A stretch of 34,487 nt of DNA from Vicinamibacterales bacterium. GTDB taxonomy: Bacteria; Acidobacteriota; Vicinamibacteria; Vicinamibacterales; UBA2999. How positions within the stretch are numbered: the stretch's first letter is position 1; each line of letters opens with the position of its first letter. The stretch lies in assembly GCA_035553795.1 (NCBI GenBank), contig DATMJU010000703.1, forward strand, positions 1 to 34,487, read 5' to 3'. The notes below the pieces were generated by a model, which searched no databases, was not told the origin of the DNA, and worked only from the letters and a program-made list of their open reading frames with translations. Below are positions 26,687-34,487 of this stretch, piece by piece. The translations under genes were made by a program, and so were the position numbers.

Positions 26687-27454
26687 ATGAGTGAACTGTG
26701 GCAGGTCCTCCTCTTATCGCTTCTCCCGGGCGCCGGGAACTTTGCCGGCGGGCTGATTGCCGAGTTCTGGAAGCCGTCGCCGCGTCTGCTGAACTGGGCC
26801 TTGCACGCGGCGTCCGGCATCGTGATCGCTATCGTCGCTGTTGAACTGATTCCCAATGCCTTGAACGTCCTGGCCGGCTGGTGGCTCGCAGCGGCATTCG
26901 GCGCCGGCGGACTGGTGTACATCGCTCTCCAAGCAGGCGTACAACAGCTGCAGTCCAGGCAGGCCGGCCAAAAGCGAACTGGCATGTGGATGATCTACAT
27001 CGCCGTCGCGATCGATCTCGCCAGCGACGGACTGGTGCTCGGCGCGGGTTCGGCGGTGTCCTTGTCCCTCGCGATCGTTCTGGCCTCTGGGCAAATCCTC
27101 GCCGACGTGCCCGAGGGGTACGCCTCCATTGCCACGTTTCGGTCCAATAACGTTCCGCGCCGCAAGCGCCTGTGGCTGTCGGCCTCATTCGTAATGTTCT
27201 GTACTGCCGGCGCCATGCTCGCGTACTTCGGCTTGCGGGGCGCGCCGGAATCGTTCCAGATGGCGGCCTTGGTCTTTGTTGCAGGGCTGCTGACGTTGGC
27301 GGCAGTTGAGGACATCTTGGAGGAAGCGCACGAATCACGCGAAGACACCAAGTACTCAACCCTCGCGTTTCTTGTCGGCTTCGTCCTGTTCACTTTGGTG
27401 TCGGTCGGCCTCGAATCGATCGTCGAAGGTGCGGCGACGACCGGGACGCGTTGA
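26687..27454 (+). CDS. ZIP-family divalent metal transporter (ZupT-like)
   Basis: 255 aa and polytopic. GNFAGGLIA, HAASGIVIAIVAVELIP and LADVPEGYA (variant of the HNxPEG motif) fit the ZIP arrangement. Confidence 0.7.
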   Translation: MSELWQVLLLSLLPGAGNFAGGLIAEFWKPSPRLLNWALHAASGIVIAIVAVELIPNALNVLAGWWLAAAFGAGGLVYIALQAGVQQLQSRQAGQKRTGMWMIYIAVAIDLASDGLVLGAGSAVSLSLAIVLASGQILADVPEGYASIATFRSNNVPRRKRLWLSASFVMFCTAGAMLAYFGLRGAPESFQMAALVFVAGLLTLAAVEDILEEAHESREDTKYSTLAFLVGFVLFTLVSVGLESIVEGAATTGTR

Positions 27455-27552
27455 ACGGCGGCCGGTAGCTCGAAAGGAGCCACCCCGCGAGGACGATCAC
27501 TGCGATCGGCTGCGCACGACCTGGACATCCATGCCGAAGGTTTCTTCCACGA

Positions 27553-28350
27553 TCAGCCCCTCAGGCGAAGGATGCGTATGGCGCCGTTCAGGACGACAAG
27601 CGCGATAACGGCCGCAACGACAAGGTCGGGGACATTCGACCCGGTCAGCCCGACGAGGCCAGCAGCCACAATCACACCCAGGTTCGCGACCACGTCGTTC
27701 GTCGTGAAGATCCAGCTCGCTTTCATGTGCGCACCACCGTGGCGGTGGCGTGCGAGCAACCACATGCAGGTGACGTTTGCGATCAGCGCCGCGAGTGCAA
27801 CGACGACCATGAGCGGCGCTTCAGGCTCGCTTCCAAACACCACGCGGCGGAAGACCTCGGCGAGTGCGCCGATGGCCAGCAACAGCTGCAGGACGCCACT
27901 GACGTGCGCGGCCCTGAGCTGAGTGGCCTGCGCACGATGGACTCCGAACAGCGCAATGGCGTACACCGCGGCGTCGGCGAACATGTCCAGAGAGTCGGCC
28001 AGCAGTGCAGATGAATCTGCTACCCAGGCACCGATGGCTTCGCCGGCAAACATCCCCGCGTTAATCGCGAGCACGATCTTCAGCGTGCGAGTTTCCTCCG
28101 CACTGGAAGGAGGCTCCACTTCATCGACCTCGGAGGCCTCGGTGGTCTCCAGAATCGCGGCCCCAAGGTTCAGCGGCCGAATGATATTCGCGATGTCCTG
28201 GGCGTCGCCCTCGTGCACGACCACGAGCTCGCGCGCGTCGAGGAACGCCTGGATTCGATGCACCTCCTCGCGTCCTCGAAGAGCCATCCGAACCAGTCGC
28301 TCCTCAGCCGCGCAATCCATCTTCGGGACTGCGAATCGTGTCTTGTTCAT
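27553..28350 (-). CDS. CDF-like cation transporter with N-terminal HMA-variant domain (MDCxxEE) and no C-terminal cytoplasmic domain
   Basis: FAVPKMDCAAEERLVRMAL resembles the MDCPTEE-type HMA variant of Zn/Cd/Pb pumps. TM2 LLADSLDMFADA and TM5 TTNDVVANLG align with the CDF metal site. The ORF ends right after TM6. Confidence 0.65.
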   Translation of the reverse strand: MNKTRFAVPKMDCAAEERLVRMALRGREEVHRIQAFLDARELVVVHEGDAQDIANIIRPLNLGAAILETTEASEVDEVEPPSSAEETRTLKIVLAINAGMFAGEAIGAWVADSSALLADSLDMFADAAVYAIALFGVHRAQATQLRAAHVSGVLQLLLAIGALAEVFRRVVFGSEPEAPLMVVVALAALIANVTCMWLLARHRHGGAHMKASWIFTTNDVVANLGVIVAAGLVGLTGSNVPDLVVAAVIALVVLNGAIRILRLRG

Positions 28351-28985
28351 GCTGCGCGGTCTGTCGACGGCGAGCCGCTGTCGTTCTTGATTAGCGTCAC
28401 CACGCGGTACGTCCCTCCAAAGGCGACGGGTTGGTCGTGTTCGATCGCGAGTGGAGTTCCAGCAACCAGCGGGCCGAATCTGCGATTCAGGTCCGAGAAC
28501 AGCGGCTTGGCGAGCGCATTGAACGCGCGTCGCTTCAGCGAAGGCCGCTCCTCATCCCTGAGAAACTTGTCGAACACCCCGATCCTGCCTCCGGGCTTCA
28601 GCACCCGAGCCGCTTCCCGTAAGCCTCGTTCCGGGTCAGGCATGACCGCGAGGATCAAGTGCATCAAGACGGCGTCGAAAGACGAATCGGGGAATGCAAG
28701 CTGCCTCGCGTCCATGATCCGCGTGGTCACAGACTGACGTGTGCTCGCCGCACGCTGTTCGAGTCGTTTCAGCATGGCCGGCGTGACATCAACCGCGGTC
28801 ACATCGGCGTTCGAGGGCAGGTGCGGCAGATCCAGTCCCGTTCCGGCGCCCACTATCAACACCCGATTGCCCGGAGCCAGCCGCAGCCGCTCGATTGACG
28901 AACGACGCGCGGCCTCGAATCCGGCTGCGTTCGCAATGAGGTCGTACGCCGGCGCCCAGACGGTATAACGCACTCGATTCCACAT
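28347..28985 (-). CDS. Class I SAM-dependent methyltransferase
   Basis: Motif I VLIVGAGTGLD, post-I VTAVDV, and motif II/III DAVLMHLIL...LKPGGRIGVFD. No Cys residues. ATGA overlap with the downstream CDF gene. Confidence 0.75.
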   Translation of the reverse strand: MWNRVRYTVWAPAYDLIANAAGFEAARRSSIERLRLAPGNRVLIVGAGTGLDLPHLPSNADVTAVDVTPAMLKRLEQRAASTRQSVTTRIMDARQLAFPDSSFDAVLMHLILAVMPDPERGLREAARVLKPGGRIGVFDKFLRDEERPSLKRRAFNALAKPLFSDLNRRFGPLVAGTPLAIEHDQPVAFGGTYRVVTLIKNDSGSPSTDRAA

Positions 28986-28991
28986 GGGTAT

Positions 28992-29921
28992 TCAGTGACT
29001 CTGTCGAATTGGAGGATCCTGCGTTGCGTGCGCCACACCGTCGCATGTCGGATCCCGGTCGATCTGAATTGTGGAGTGCTGAATGCCGAAGCGCTCGGCG
29101 AGTACGCGCTGCGCGGACGCCAGCACGACGTCCCGCTTCGTTGGGTCGGCGCAGGTGACATGGGCAGACAGGGCAACAAAGCCGCTCGTAATCGTCCAAA
29201 CGTGCAGGTCATGAACGCTCGACACACCGGGCAGGTCAAGCAATGCAAAGCGCACGTCGTCCACCTTCACGTTTCCTGGCGCTCCTTCCATCAGCACCGC
29301 AACTGATTGGGCAATCAGAGACCAGGACGAATAGATCACCAGCAGCCCAATCAAGACAGAGGCGACAGGGTCGATCCAATCCCATGCAAATGCCCAAATC
29401 AGGGCTCCGGCAACAATGGCCTGGATGCTTCCCAACGCGTCGGTCAGCACGTGAAGCCACACGCCACGCACGTTGAGATTGCCTTCGCGGCCTCGGCGCA
29501 GGATCCAGAGTCCCGCGCCATTAACAAGCAAGCCGCCGCACGCGACAGCCAGCATCAGTGGCCCCTGGACCTCTGGCGGGTCACGAAACCGTTCGAACGC
29601 TTCGACGAAGATGTAGATAGCAATCGCGACGAGCGTCGCACCGTTCGCGAGCGCTGCCAGGATTTCCGCACGGTAATACCCATACGTCCGCTCGGCCGTC
29701 GGCCGTCGTCGAGCCACCTTCATGGCGAACAGCGTGAGTGCAAGTGCACCGGCATCCGACAGCATGTGTCCGGCGTCCGCCAGGAGTGCGAGTGAGCCGG
29801 ACAGGATGCCCCCGACCACTTCGAGACCCATGTACAGGACCACGAGCCCCAACGTGATGGCGATGGGCCGCGACTGGCTGCCCGCTTGGAGCCCGGTCTC
29901 GTGTCGGTGGTCGTGTGCCAT
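28992..29921 (-). CDS. czcD: Cation diffusion facilitator (CzcD/ZitB type)
   Basis: His-rich N-terminus MAHDHRHE. TM2 LLADAGHMLSDA and TM5 HVLTDALGS (HD-HD site). C-terminal cytoplasmic domain with HDLHVW. Confidence 0.8.
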   Translation of the reverse strand: MAHDHRHETGLQAGSQSRPIAITLGLVVLYMGLEVVGGILSGSLALLADAGHMLSDAGALALTLFAMKVARRRPTAERTYGYYRAEILAALANGATLVAIAIYIFVEAFERFRDPPEVQGPLMLAVACGGLLVNGAGLWILRRGREGNLNVRGVWLHVLTDALGSIQAIVAGALIWAFAWDWIDPVASVLIGLLVIYSSWSLIAQSVAVLMEGAPGNVKVDDVRFALLDLPGVSSVHDLHVWTITSGFVALSAHVTCADPTKRDVVLASAQRVLAERFGIQHSTIQIDRDPTCDGVAHATQDPPIRQSH

Positions 29922-29924
29922 CAG

Positions 29925-32900
29925 TCAAGCCGTTTCGGTACTCAAACGTGCCGCACGCCGTTCGAGCCACCCGTGCACCTGCAGGTAAAACGTCGGAAGC
30001 ACGAGCAACGTGAACAGCGTTGAGGTAACCAGGCCGCCGATCATCACGATCGCGAGTGGCCGCTCAATCTCGGTTCCGTGCAACTGCAGGACCAGCAACG
30101 GGAGCAGGCCCAGCGTGGCAGTGCCGGCGGTCATCAGCTTCGGCCGCACTCGGCCGATACTCGCTTCTCGGACCGCTGCCGGCAGTGCTCTGCCTTCTGC
30201 AACCAGCCCGCGTGTCTGGGTCACCAGCACGAGGCTGTTCTGCACCGCGATCCCGAACAATCCAATCAAGCCGACGAGCGACGATACATTCCACGTCTCC
30301 CCAGCAAGGAGCAGGGCCAGAATCCCGCCGACGAACGCGATGGGCACGGTTCCAAGAATCATTACGGCTTCGACCGCAGAGCCGAGTGCAATCAACAACA
30401 GCACGAACACACCAAACAGGGCCGCACCGATCGCCAGCGACAACGCCTGTGAAGCTCGCGCCTGGCTCTCTACACGCCCGCCCAAATCGAAGAAGTACCC
30501 TGATGGCAGTTTCAGCTGGCTCGCCAGAATCTCTCTGACTTCCGCAGCCGTGCTACCGAGATCGCGTCCGCTGACGGAGGCTTCCACGGCGATGCGCCGT
30601 GAGCCGGCCTCTCGGCGGATGGCGGCCGGACCGAACGTCTGGGTGATGTCCGCCAGCTGTCCGAGAGGAATGCGGGTGCCGTCGTGACCGTCAATGAACA
30701 GCGTGCGAATCGCATCGAACGTGGTGCGATGATCCTCACGAAGTCGCACAACCAGGTCGAACCGACGTTGTCCGAGCCAGATCTCCGACTGCTCTTCACC
30801 CACAAGTCCGATCCTGACCGCCCTGATGACGTCACCCGGTGCTAGCCCCACTCGTGCCGCTGCCTCACGGTTCACCGCGATCTGTAGCTGTGGCAAACCC
30901 GTGAGCTGTTCCGCACGCAGATCCGCAATCCCGTCCACGCCCCGCACGAGTGCCTCCACCTGCTCCGCAAGCCGGGCGAGTTCGTCGAGGTCTGGCCCGA
31001 AAATCCGAACGGAGAGGTCAGCCGGCGTGCCGCCCAGTCCCTCGTCGATGCGCATCCCAAGCGGCGTCGTGAACAGCACGGCCACTCCCGGGACGTCTTC
31101 GAGCTGCTCGCGCATATCGGTCTCGATCTCTTCAAGGCTGCGGGATCGGTCCGTCTTGAGGACTACTAAGACATCCGAGACGGTGTGCGGCATCGGGTCT
31201 TCGGTGCGTTCGGCGCGGCCTGTCCGCCGAACGACGTCCTCAACCTCGGGAACCTCTCGCAGAATGTCTTCGACGCGGTGATTCAGCCGGTCGACTTCTT
31301 CCAGTGCCGCTTCGGCAGGCAAGACGGTCTGCAGCAAAAAGGCGCCCTCATCCAGTTGCGGCATGAAATCGCTGCCGATGCGCGTACCGAGCACGATCGC
31401 CGGCGCGGCGATCAGGACTGTCACGATTGCGACGAGGCCTGGATGCCGCAGGCAACGGTCCAATGCGGGTGCGTACCACTGTTTGACCTTCCGCAACAGG
31501 GCGACATCTTCGTCTGCTCCCGAGCGGGTTGGCCGCAGCAGCATGGCCGCGGCAGTCGGTACGAGCGTCAGGGACAGCACCAGAGCCGCCACCATCGCGG
31601 CGATCACCGCCGCGGCGAGCGGCTGGTACATGCGTCCTTCGATGCCGGACATGCCGAAGAGCGGCAGGAACACGACGATCACGATCAGGGTTGCGAACGC
31701 GATCGGCCGTGCCACTTCCAGAGCGGCTGACAGTGCCCGCTCGCGTCGCTCGCGTTTGGAGGCGGCGCCGCTCAGTCGATGCAGGATGTTCTCGACCATG
31801 ATGATCGCGGCATCCACGAGCAACCCGACGGCGATGGCAAGGCCACCGAGTGTCATCGTGTTGAGACCAATTCCGAGTGGGTGCAGGAACAATCCGGCGA
31901 GGGCGATCGACAGCGGAATCGTCAACGTCACGACGAGTGCGGCCCGTACGTTCCCGAGTAGGAGCAGGATCACGAGCACGACGAAGACGCCTCCGACCAT
32001 CACGGCCCGTCCCACGCCGCCAAGCGCCGAGTTCACCAGCTGCGACTGGTCGTACACGATCCGCAGCTGCACGCCCTTGGGCAGTGCCCGGCGGATGTCC
32101 TCGACCGCTTCGCGGATGCCTGCGGCGACCTGCACGGTGTCGGAGCCGAACTGCTTAATCACCCGCGCGCTCACGACCTCGCCTTTCAGGCGGTGGGCGA
32201 TGCCGCGTCGGACTGCCGCCGCTTCTTGAATATCCGCGACATCGCCGAGGAGCACCGGCACGTCGCCGCGCGTGGCGACCACGGTCCTGCGCAGGTCATC
32301 GATTGTCTGGGCGCGGCCAAGCGCTCGCACGGTCCATTCAATGGCGCCCTGGGCTACGATGCCACCGGACGCGTTAATGTTCGACTCTTCGACCGCATGC
32401 ATCACTTCGTCGAGGCTGATGCGGCGAGCCGACATCCGTTCGGGGTCGAGTTGCACCTGAAACTGGCGAAGGTAGCCGCCAAGCCGTTCGACGGCCGCGA
32501 CACCGGGAACGGCCAAGAGGCGGTTGTTGACTTCGAACTCCGCCAGATCGCGCAGGGCCATCAGATCGGCCGTGCCCGGCTCCGCTTCAAGCGTGAACTC
32601 GAAGATTTCGTTCAGACGACCGGTCAGGCTGGAGATCAGTGGCGGGTCAGTTCCTGGTGGCAGCTGCCCCGTGACCTGTGCGACGCGCTCGGCGACAAAT
32701 TGACGAGACCGGTAGTAGTCCGCATTCGGCTCGAACTCGATCGTGACCTGCGACACGCCAAGCTGCGAGTTCGATCTCACACGACGGACGTCCGGAAGAC
32801 CGGCCAATGCGACTTCAAGTGGAATCGCAATGGCTGTCTCGAGCTCCTCCGCTCCCATGGCGGGGTTTTGAGCAATCACATTGAACACAGGCGCCGAGAG

Positions 32901-33023
32901 GTCAGGGAAGACATCGCGACGGAGGTCCTGCATCCAGAACGCTCCGATCGCTGTGCCGGCCGTCACGAGCAAGACGGTCAGCAGCGGCGCATGGAACGAT
33001 TCGCGAATCAGGCGGCTAATCAT
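29925..33023 (-). CDS. Heavy-metal efflux RND pump (CusA/CzcA family)
   Basis: 1032 aa with 12-TM RND architecture. TM4 GLLVDAAIIMVENI resembles the CusA-type signature rather than the Czc-type DFG..DGA..VEN. I could not confirm the CusA Met triad. Confidence 0.9.
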   Translation of the reverse strand: MISRLIRESFHAPLLTVLLVTAGTAIGAFWMQDLRRDVFPDLSAPVFNVIAQNPAMGAEELETAIAIPLEVALAGLPDVRRVRSNSQLGVSQVTIEFEPNADYYRSRQFVAERVAQVTGQLPPGTDPPLISSLTGRLNEIFEFTLEAEPGTADLMALRDLAEFEVNNRLLAVPGVAAVERLGGYLRQFQVQLDPERMSARRISLDEVMHAVEESNINASGGIVAQGAIEWTVRALGRAQTIDDLRRTVVATRGDVPVLLGDVADIQEAAAVRRGIAHRLKGEVVSARVIKQFGSDTVQVAAGIREAVEDIRRALPKGVQLRIVYDQSQLVNSALGGVGRAVMVGGVFVVLVILLLLGNVRAALVVTLTIPLSIALAGLFLHPLGIGLNTMTLGGLAIAVGLLVDAAIIMVENILHRLSGAASKRERRERALSAALEVARPIAFATLIVIVVFLPLFGMSGIEGRMYQPLAAAVIAAMVAALVLSLTLVPTAAAMLLRPTRSGADEDVALLRKVKQWYAPALDRCLRHPGLVAIVTVLIAAPAIVLGTRIGSDFMPQLDEGAFLLQTVLPAEAALEEVDRLNHRVEDILREVPEVEDVVRRTGRAERTEDPMPHTVSDVLVVLKTDRSRSLEEIETDMREQLEDVPGVAVLFTTPLGMRIDEGLGGTPADLSVRIFGPDLDELARLAEQVEALVRGVDGIADLRAEQLTGLPQLQIAVNREAAARVGLAPGDVIRAVRIGLVGEEQSEIWLGQRRFDLVVRLREDHRTTFDAIRTLFIDGHDGTRIPLGQLADITQTFGPAAIRREAGSRRIAVEASVSGRDLGSTAAEVREILASQLKLPSGYFFDLGGRVESQARASQALSLAIGAALFGVFVLLLIALGSAVEAVMILGTVPIAFVGGILALLLAGETWNVSSLVGLIGLFGIAVQNSLVLVTQTRGLVAEGRALPAAVREASIGRVRPKLMTAGTATLGLLPLLVLQLHGTEIERPLAIVMIGGLVTSTLFTLLVLPTFYLQVHGWLERRAARLSTETA

Positions 33024-33031
33024 GGCAAGCC

Positions 33032-34222
33032 TCAGTGCGCGTCATGGGCCGCCTCGCCTCGCTCTGCCTGGGCTTTCAGGAGAAAGGCGCCATCTACAAC
33101 AATCTGCTCGCCTGCGCGAAGGCCTGAGAGAACTTCGACTTCACCGGCCAAGTCACGTCCGCGCCCAATACGGCGGATCTCAAACGTGCCCTCGCCTTTC
33201 GGCAGGAAGACGCACCAGTCGTTACGGACTCGCTGAAGGGCCGCGACGGGCACGCTCAGAATGGGAGCACCTGACGCACCGACAGGGAGCACCGCGGTCG
33301 CTGACATGCCAGGCCGCAGCACACCACTCATGTTCTCGACGTTGATGCGTATGGGAACTGTCCGGGACTCAGACTCGACAGCCTGCCCGGCCACCGCCAC
33401 CTTTCCCTGAAAGTCCTGACCCGGAAGCGCGGGAAAGACGATCCGCGCCGGAGCACCGTTCTGAATACGCACGGCGTCGCGTTCAAACGCGTGGACCGTC
33501 AGCCACAGGGTTGAGAGGTCTCCGATTTTGAAGGCAGGCGTCGATGGGTCGAGCATCTGGCCAACCACGGCACGTCGTTCCAGGACCGAGCCGCTGACCG
33601 GCGAGCGCAGGACGAACGTGGACGCGGTGGCCTCGGCGGTGTCCGTGGACGGCGGCTCGAGGCCGAATGCGCCGATAGCGGCACGCGCCATTCGCAACCC
33701 TGCGCGCGCTTCGGCGGCCTGCGACTCGGCCTCCTGCACTTCGCGGAGGGGAACGATCTTCTCAGCGGCCAAACCTCGCTTGCGCTCGAGCGCGGCATCC
33801 GCAAGCTTCACCCGCGCCTCGGCCGACAGATACTCGGCACGTGCCTGCCCGAGCTGAGGACTCGTCAACTCGGCAAGCGTCTGCCCCCGACGAACGGTCT
33901 GACCGGCGTTCACCAACAAGCGTGTCACGCGTGCTTGAACAGGGACGCCCACCTCTGCGTACGCACGCTGATCGACTTCGAGTTCACCCAGCAACGTGAT
34001 CTGCTCACCGCCCGGCCGAGATTCCACTTCGTCGAGCGTGATACGGAGGTCGCGGAGCATGCCTTCTTCAATGCGGACCGTATTCGCGTCAGGCTCGGCG
34101 CGAGCTTCCGCCGCAGGGGCCGCAGACTCCGCTGCCGGCGGCGTGGCGGTGGTGTCAGAGCCACCGCCACACGCCCCTACGAAGGCGCACGCCACGAGAA
34201 TCCACGTCGTTCTGAGCGTCAT
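33032..34222 (-). CDS. RND periplasmic adaptor (CusB/CzcB-type MFP), lipoprotein
   Basis: Lipobox ACAFVGAC. Coiled-coil hairpin region (AEARVKLADAALERKRGLAAEKIVPLREVQEAESQAAEARAGL) and beta-barrel domain. Tightly spaced with the pump gene. Confidence 0.85.
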   Translation of the reverse strand: MTLRTTWILVACAFVGACGGGSDTTATPPAAESAAPAAEARAEPDANTVRIEEGMLRDLRITLDEVESRPGGEQITLLGELEVDQRAYAEVGVPVQARVTRLLVNAGQTVRRGQTLAELTSPQLGQARAEYLSAEARVKLADAALERKRGLAAEKIVPLREVQEAESQAAEARAGLRMARAAIGAFGLEPPSTDTAEATASTFVLRSPVSGSVLERRAVVGQMLDPSTPAFKIGDLSTLWLTVHAFERDAVRIQNGAPARIVFPALPGQDFQGKVAVAGQAVESESRTVPIRINVENMSGVLRPGMSATAVLPVGASGAPILSVPVAALQRVRNDWCVFLPKGEGTFEIRRIGRGRDLAGEVEVLSGLRAGEQIVVDGAFLLKAQAERGEAAHDAH

Positions 34223-34487
34223 CGCAGTACTCCGGCGCTGGCATCCAGATCGATGCTGGCGAGCGCGGCCTCCAAAAGGGCATCAAGGTATTGTGATCGG
34301 GTCTCGAGGATCTCCCTGCGAATCAACAACAACTCCGGGAGCCCCAGTTGGCCCACCTCGAAGCTGCGGGCTGTTAGGGTTTCGTTCTCGTCAAGTCCTG
34401 GGATTGCCTCAGTGTCGAGGACGCGGACAGCGGCGATCCGCCGTGAGTACGCCTCGAAGAGCGAACGCACCTCGAGCTGGACACGAG
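34219..34487 (-). CDS. Outer-membrane factor (CusC/CzcC type), C-terminal part only (gene continues past the window end)
   Basis: Frame is open to the window edge. ...RREILETRSQYLDALLEAALASIDLDASAGVL is a typical OMF C-terminus. ATGA overlap with the MFP start. Confidence 0.7.
   Translation of the reverse strand, partial: RVQLEVRSLFEAYSRRIAAVRVLDTEAIPGLDENETLTARSFEVGQLGLPELLLIRREILETRSQYLDALLEAALASIDLDASAGVLR

Overview
GC-rich bacterial window. I saw no rRNA, tRNA, CRISPR array, transposase or integrase; all calls come from motif reading, not database searches.

Left third (1-12.3 kb): 3' part of a TolC-like gene and a weak USP-like ORF. An MqnA/MqnD-family gene sits divergent from a cytidylyltransferase plus a 784-aa fusion (flippase-like TM domain, soluble domain, CDP-alcohol phosphatidyltransferase). 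Then come a TetR regulator, a radical-SAM enzyme, two divergent small membrane proteins and a cytoplasmic PAS-GAF-GAF hybrid histidine kinase.

A ~0.7 kb AT-richer non-coding gap (12259-12978) is followed by a dense heavy-metal island (13-34.5 kb):
- A mer-like operon on the minus strand (MerR-family regulator, MerT-like protein, outer-membrane beta-barrel, periplasmic HMA protein) with a CueR/MerR-type dyad. It is divergent from an unannotated 38-codon ORF for a signal/TM peptide ending in GCCPLCR.
- A CorE-like Cys-rich ECF sigma factor divergent from a DUF326-type Cys-rich four-helix-bundle protein.
- Cytochrome c, YHS protein, Cu(I) P1B-ATPase and a His/Cys-rich ORF.
- A six-gene cop operon: multicopper oxidase, CopB, cytochrome c, small periplasmic protein, NTF2-like protein, DUF305 protein.
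- A ZIP transporter.
- A tightly coupled minus-strand operon: OMF, MFP, HME-RND pump, CzcD-like CDF, SAM methyltransferase, HMA-CDF.

Three reading-frame interruptions fall in thiophilic-metal genes:
- An extra C in a C4 run of the HMA gene (13049-13052).
- A single in-frame TGA between the signal peptide and the barrel body (14190-14192). If recoded, it would give a U-x-x-C motif.
- A 1-nt frame change in the ATPase N-terminus (~18583).

These could be assembly errors, gene decay or, for the TGA, recoding. The sequence alone cannot decide.
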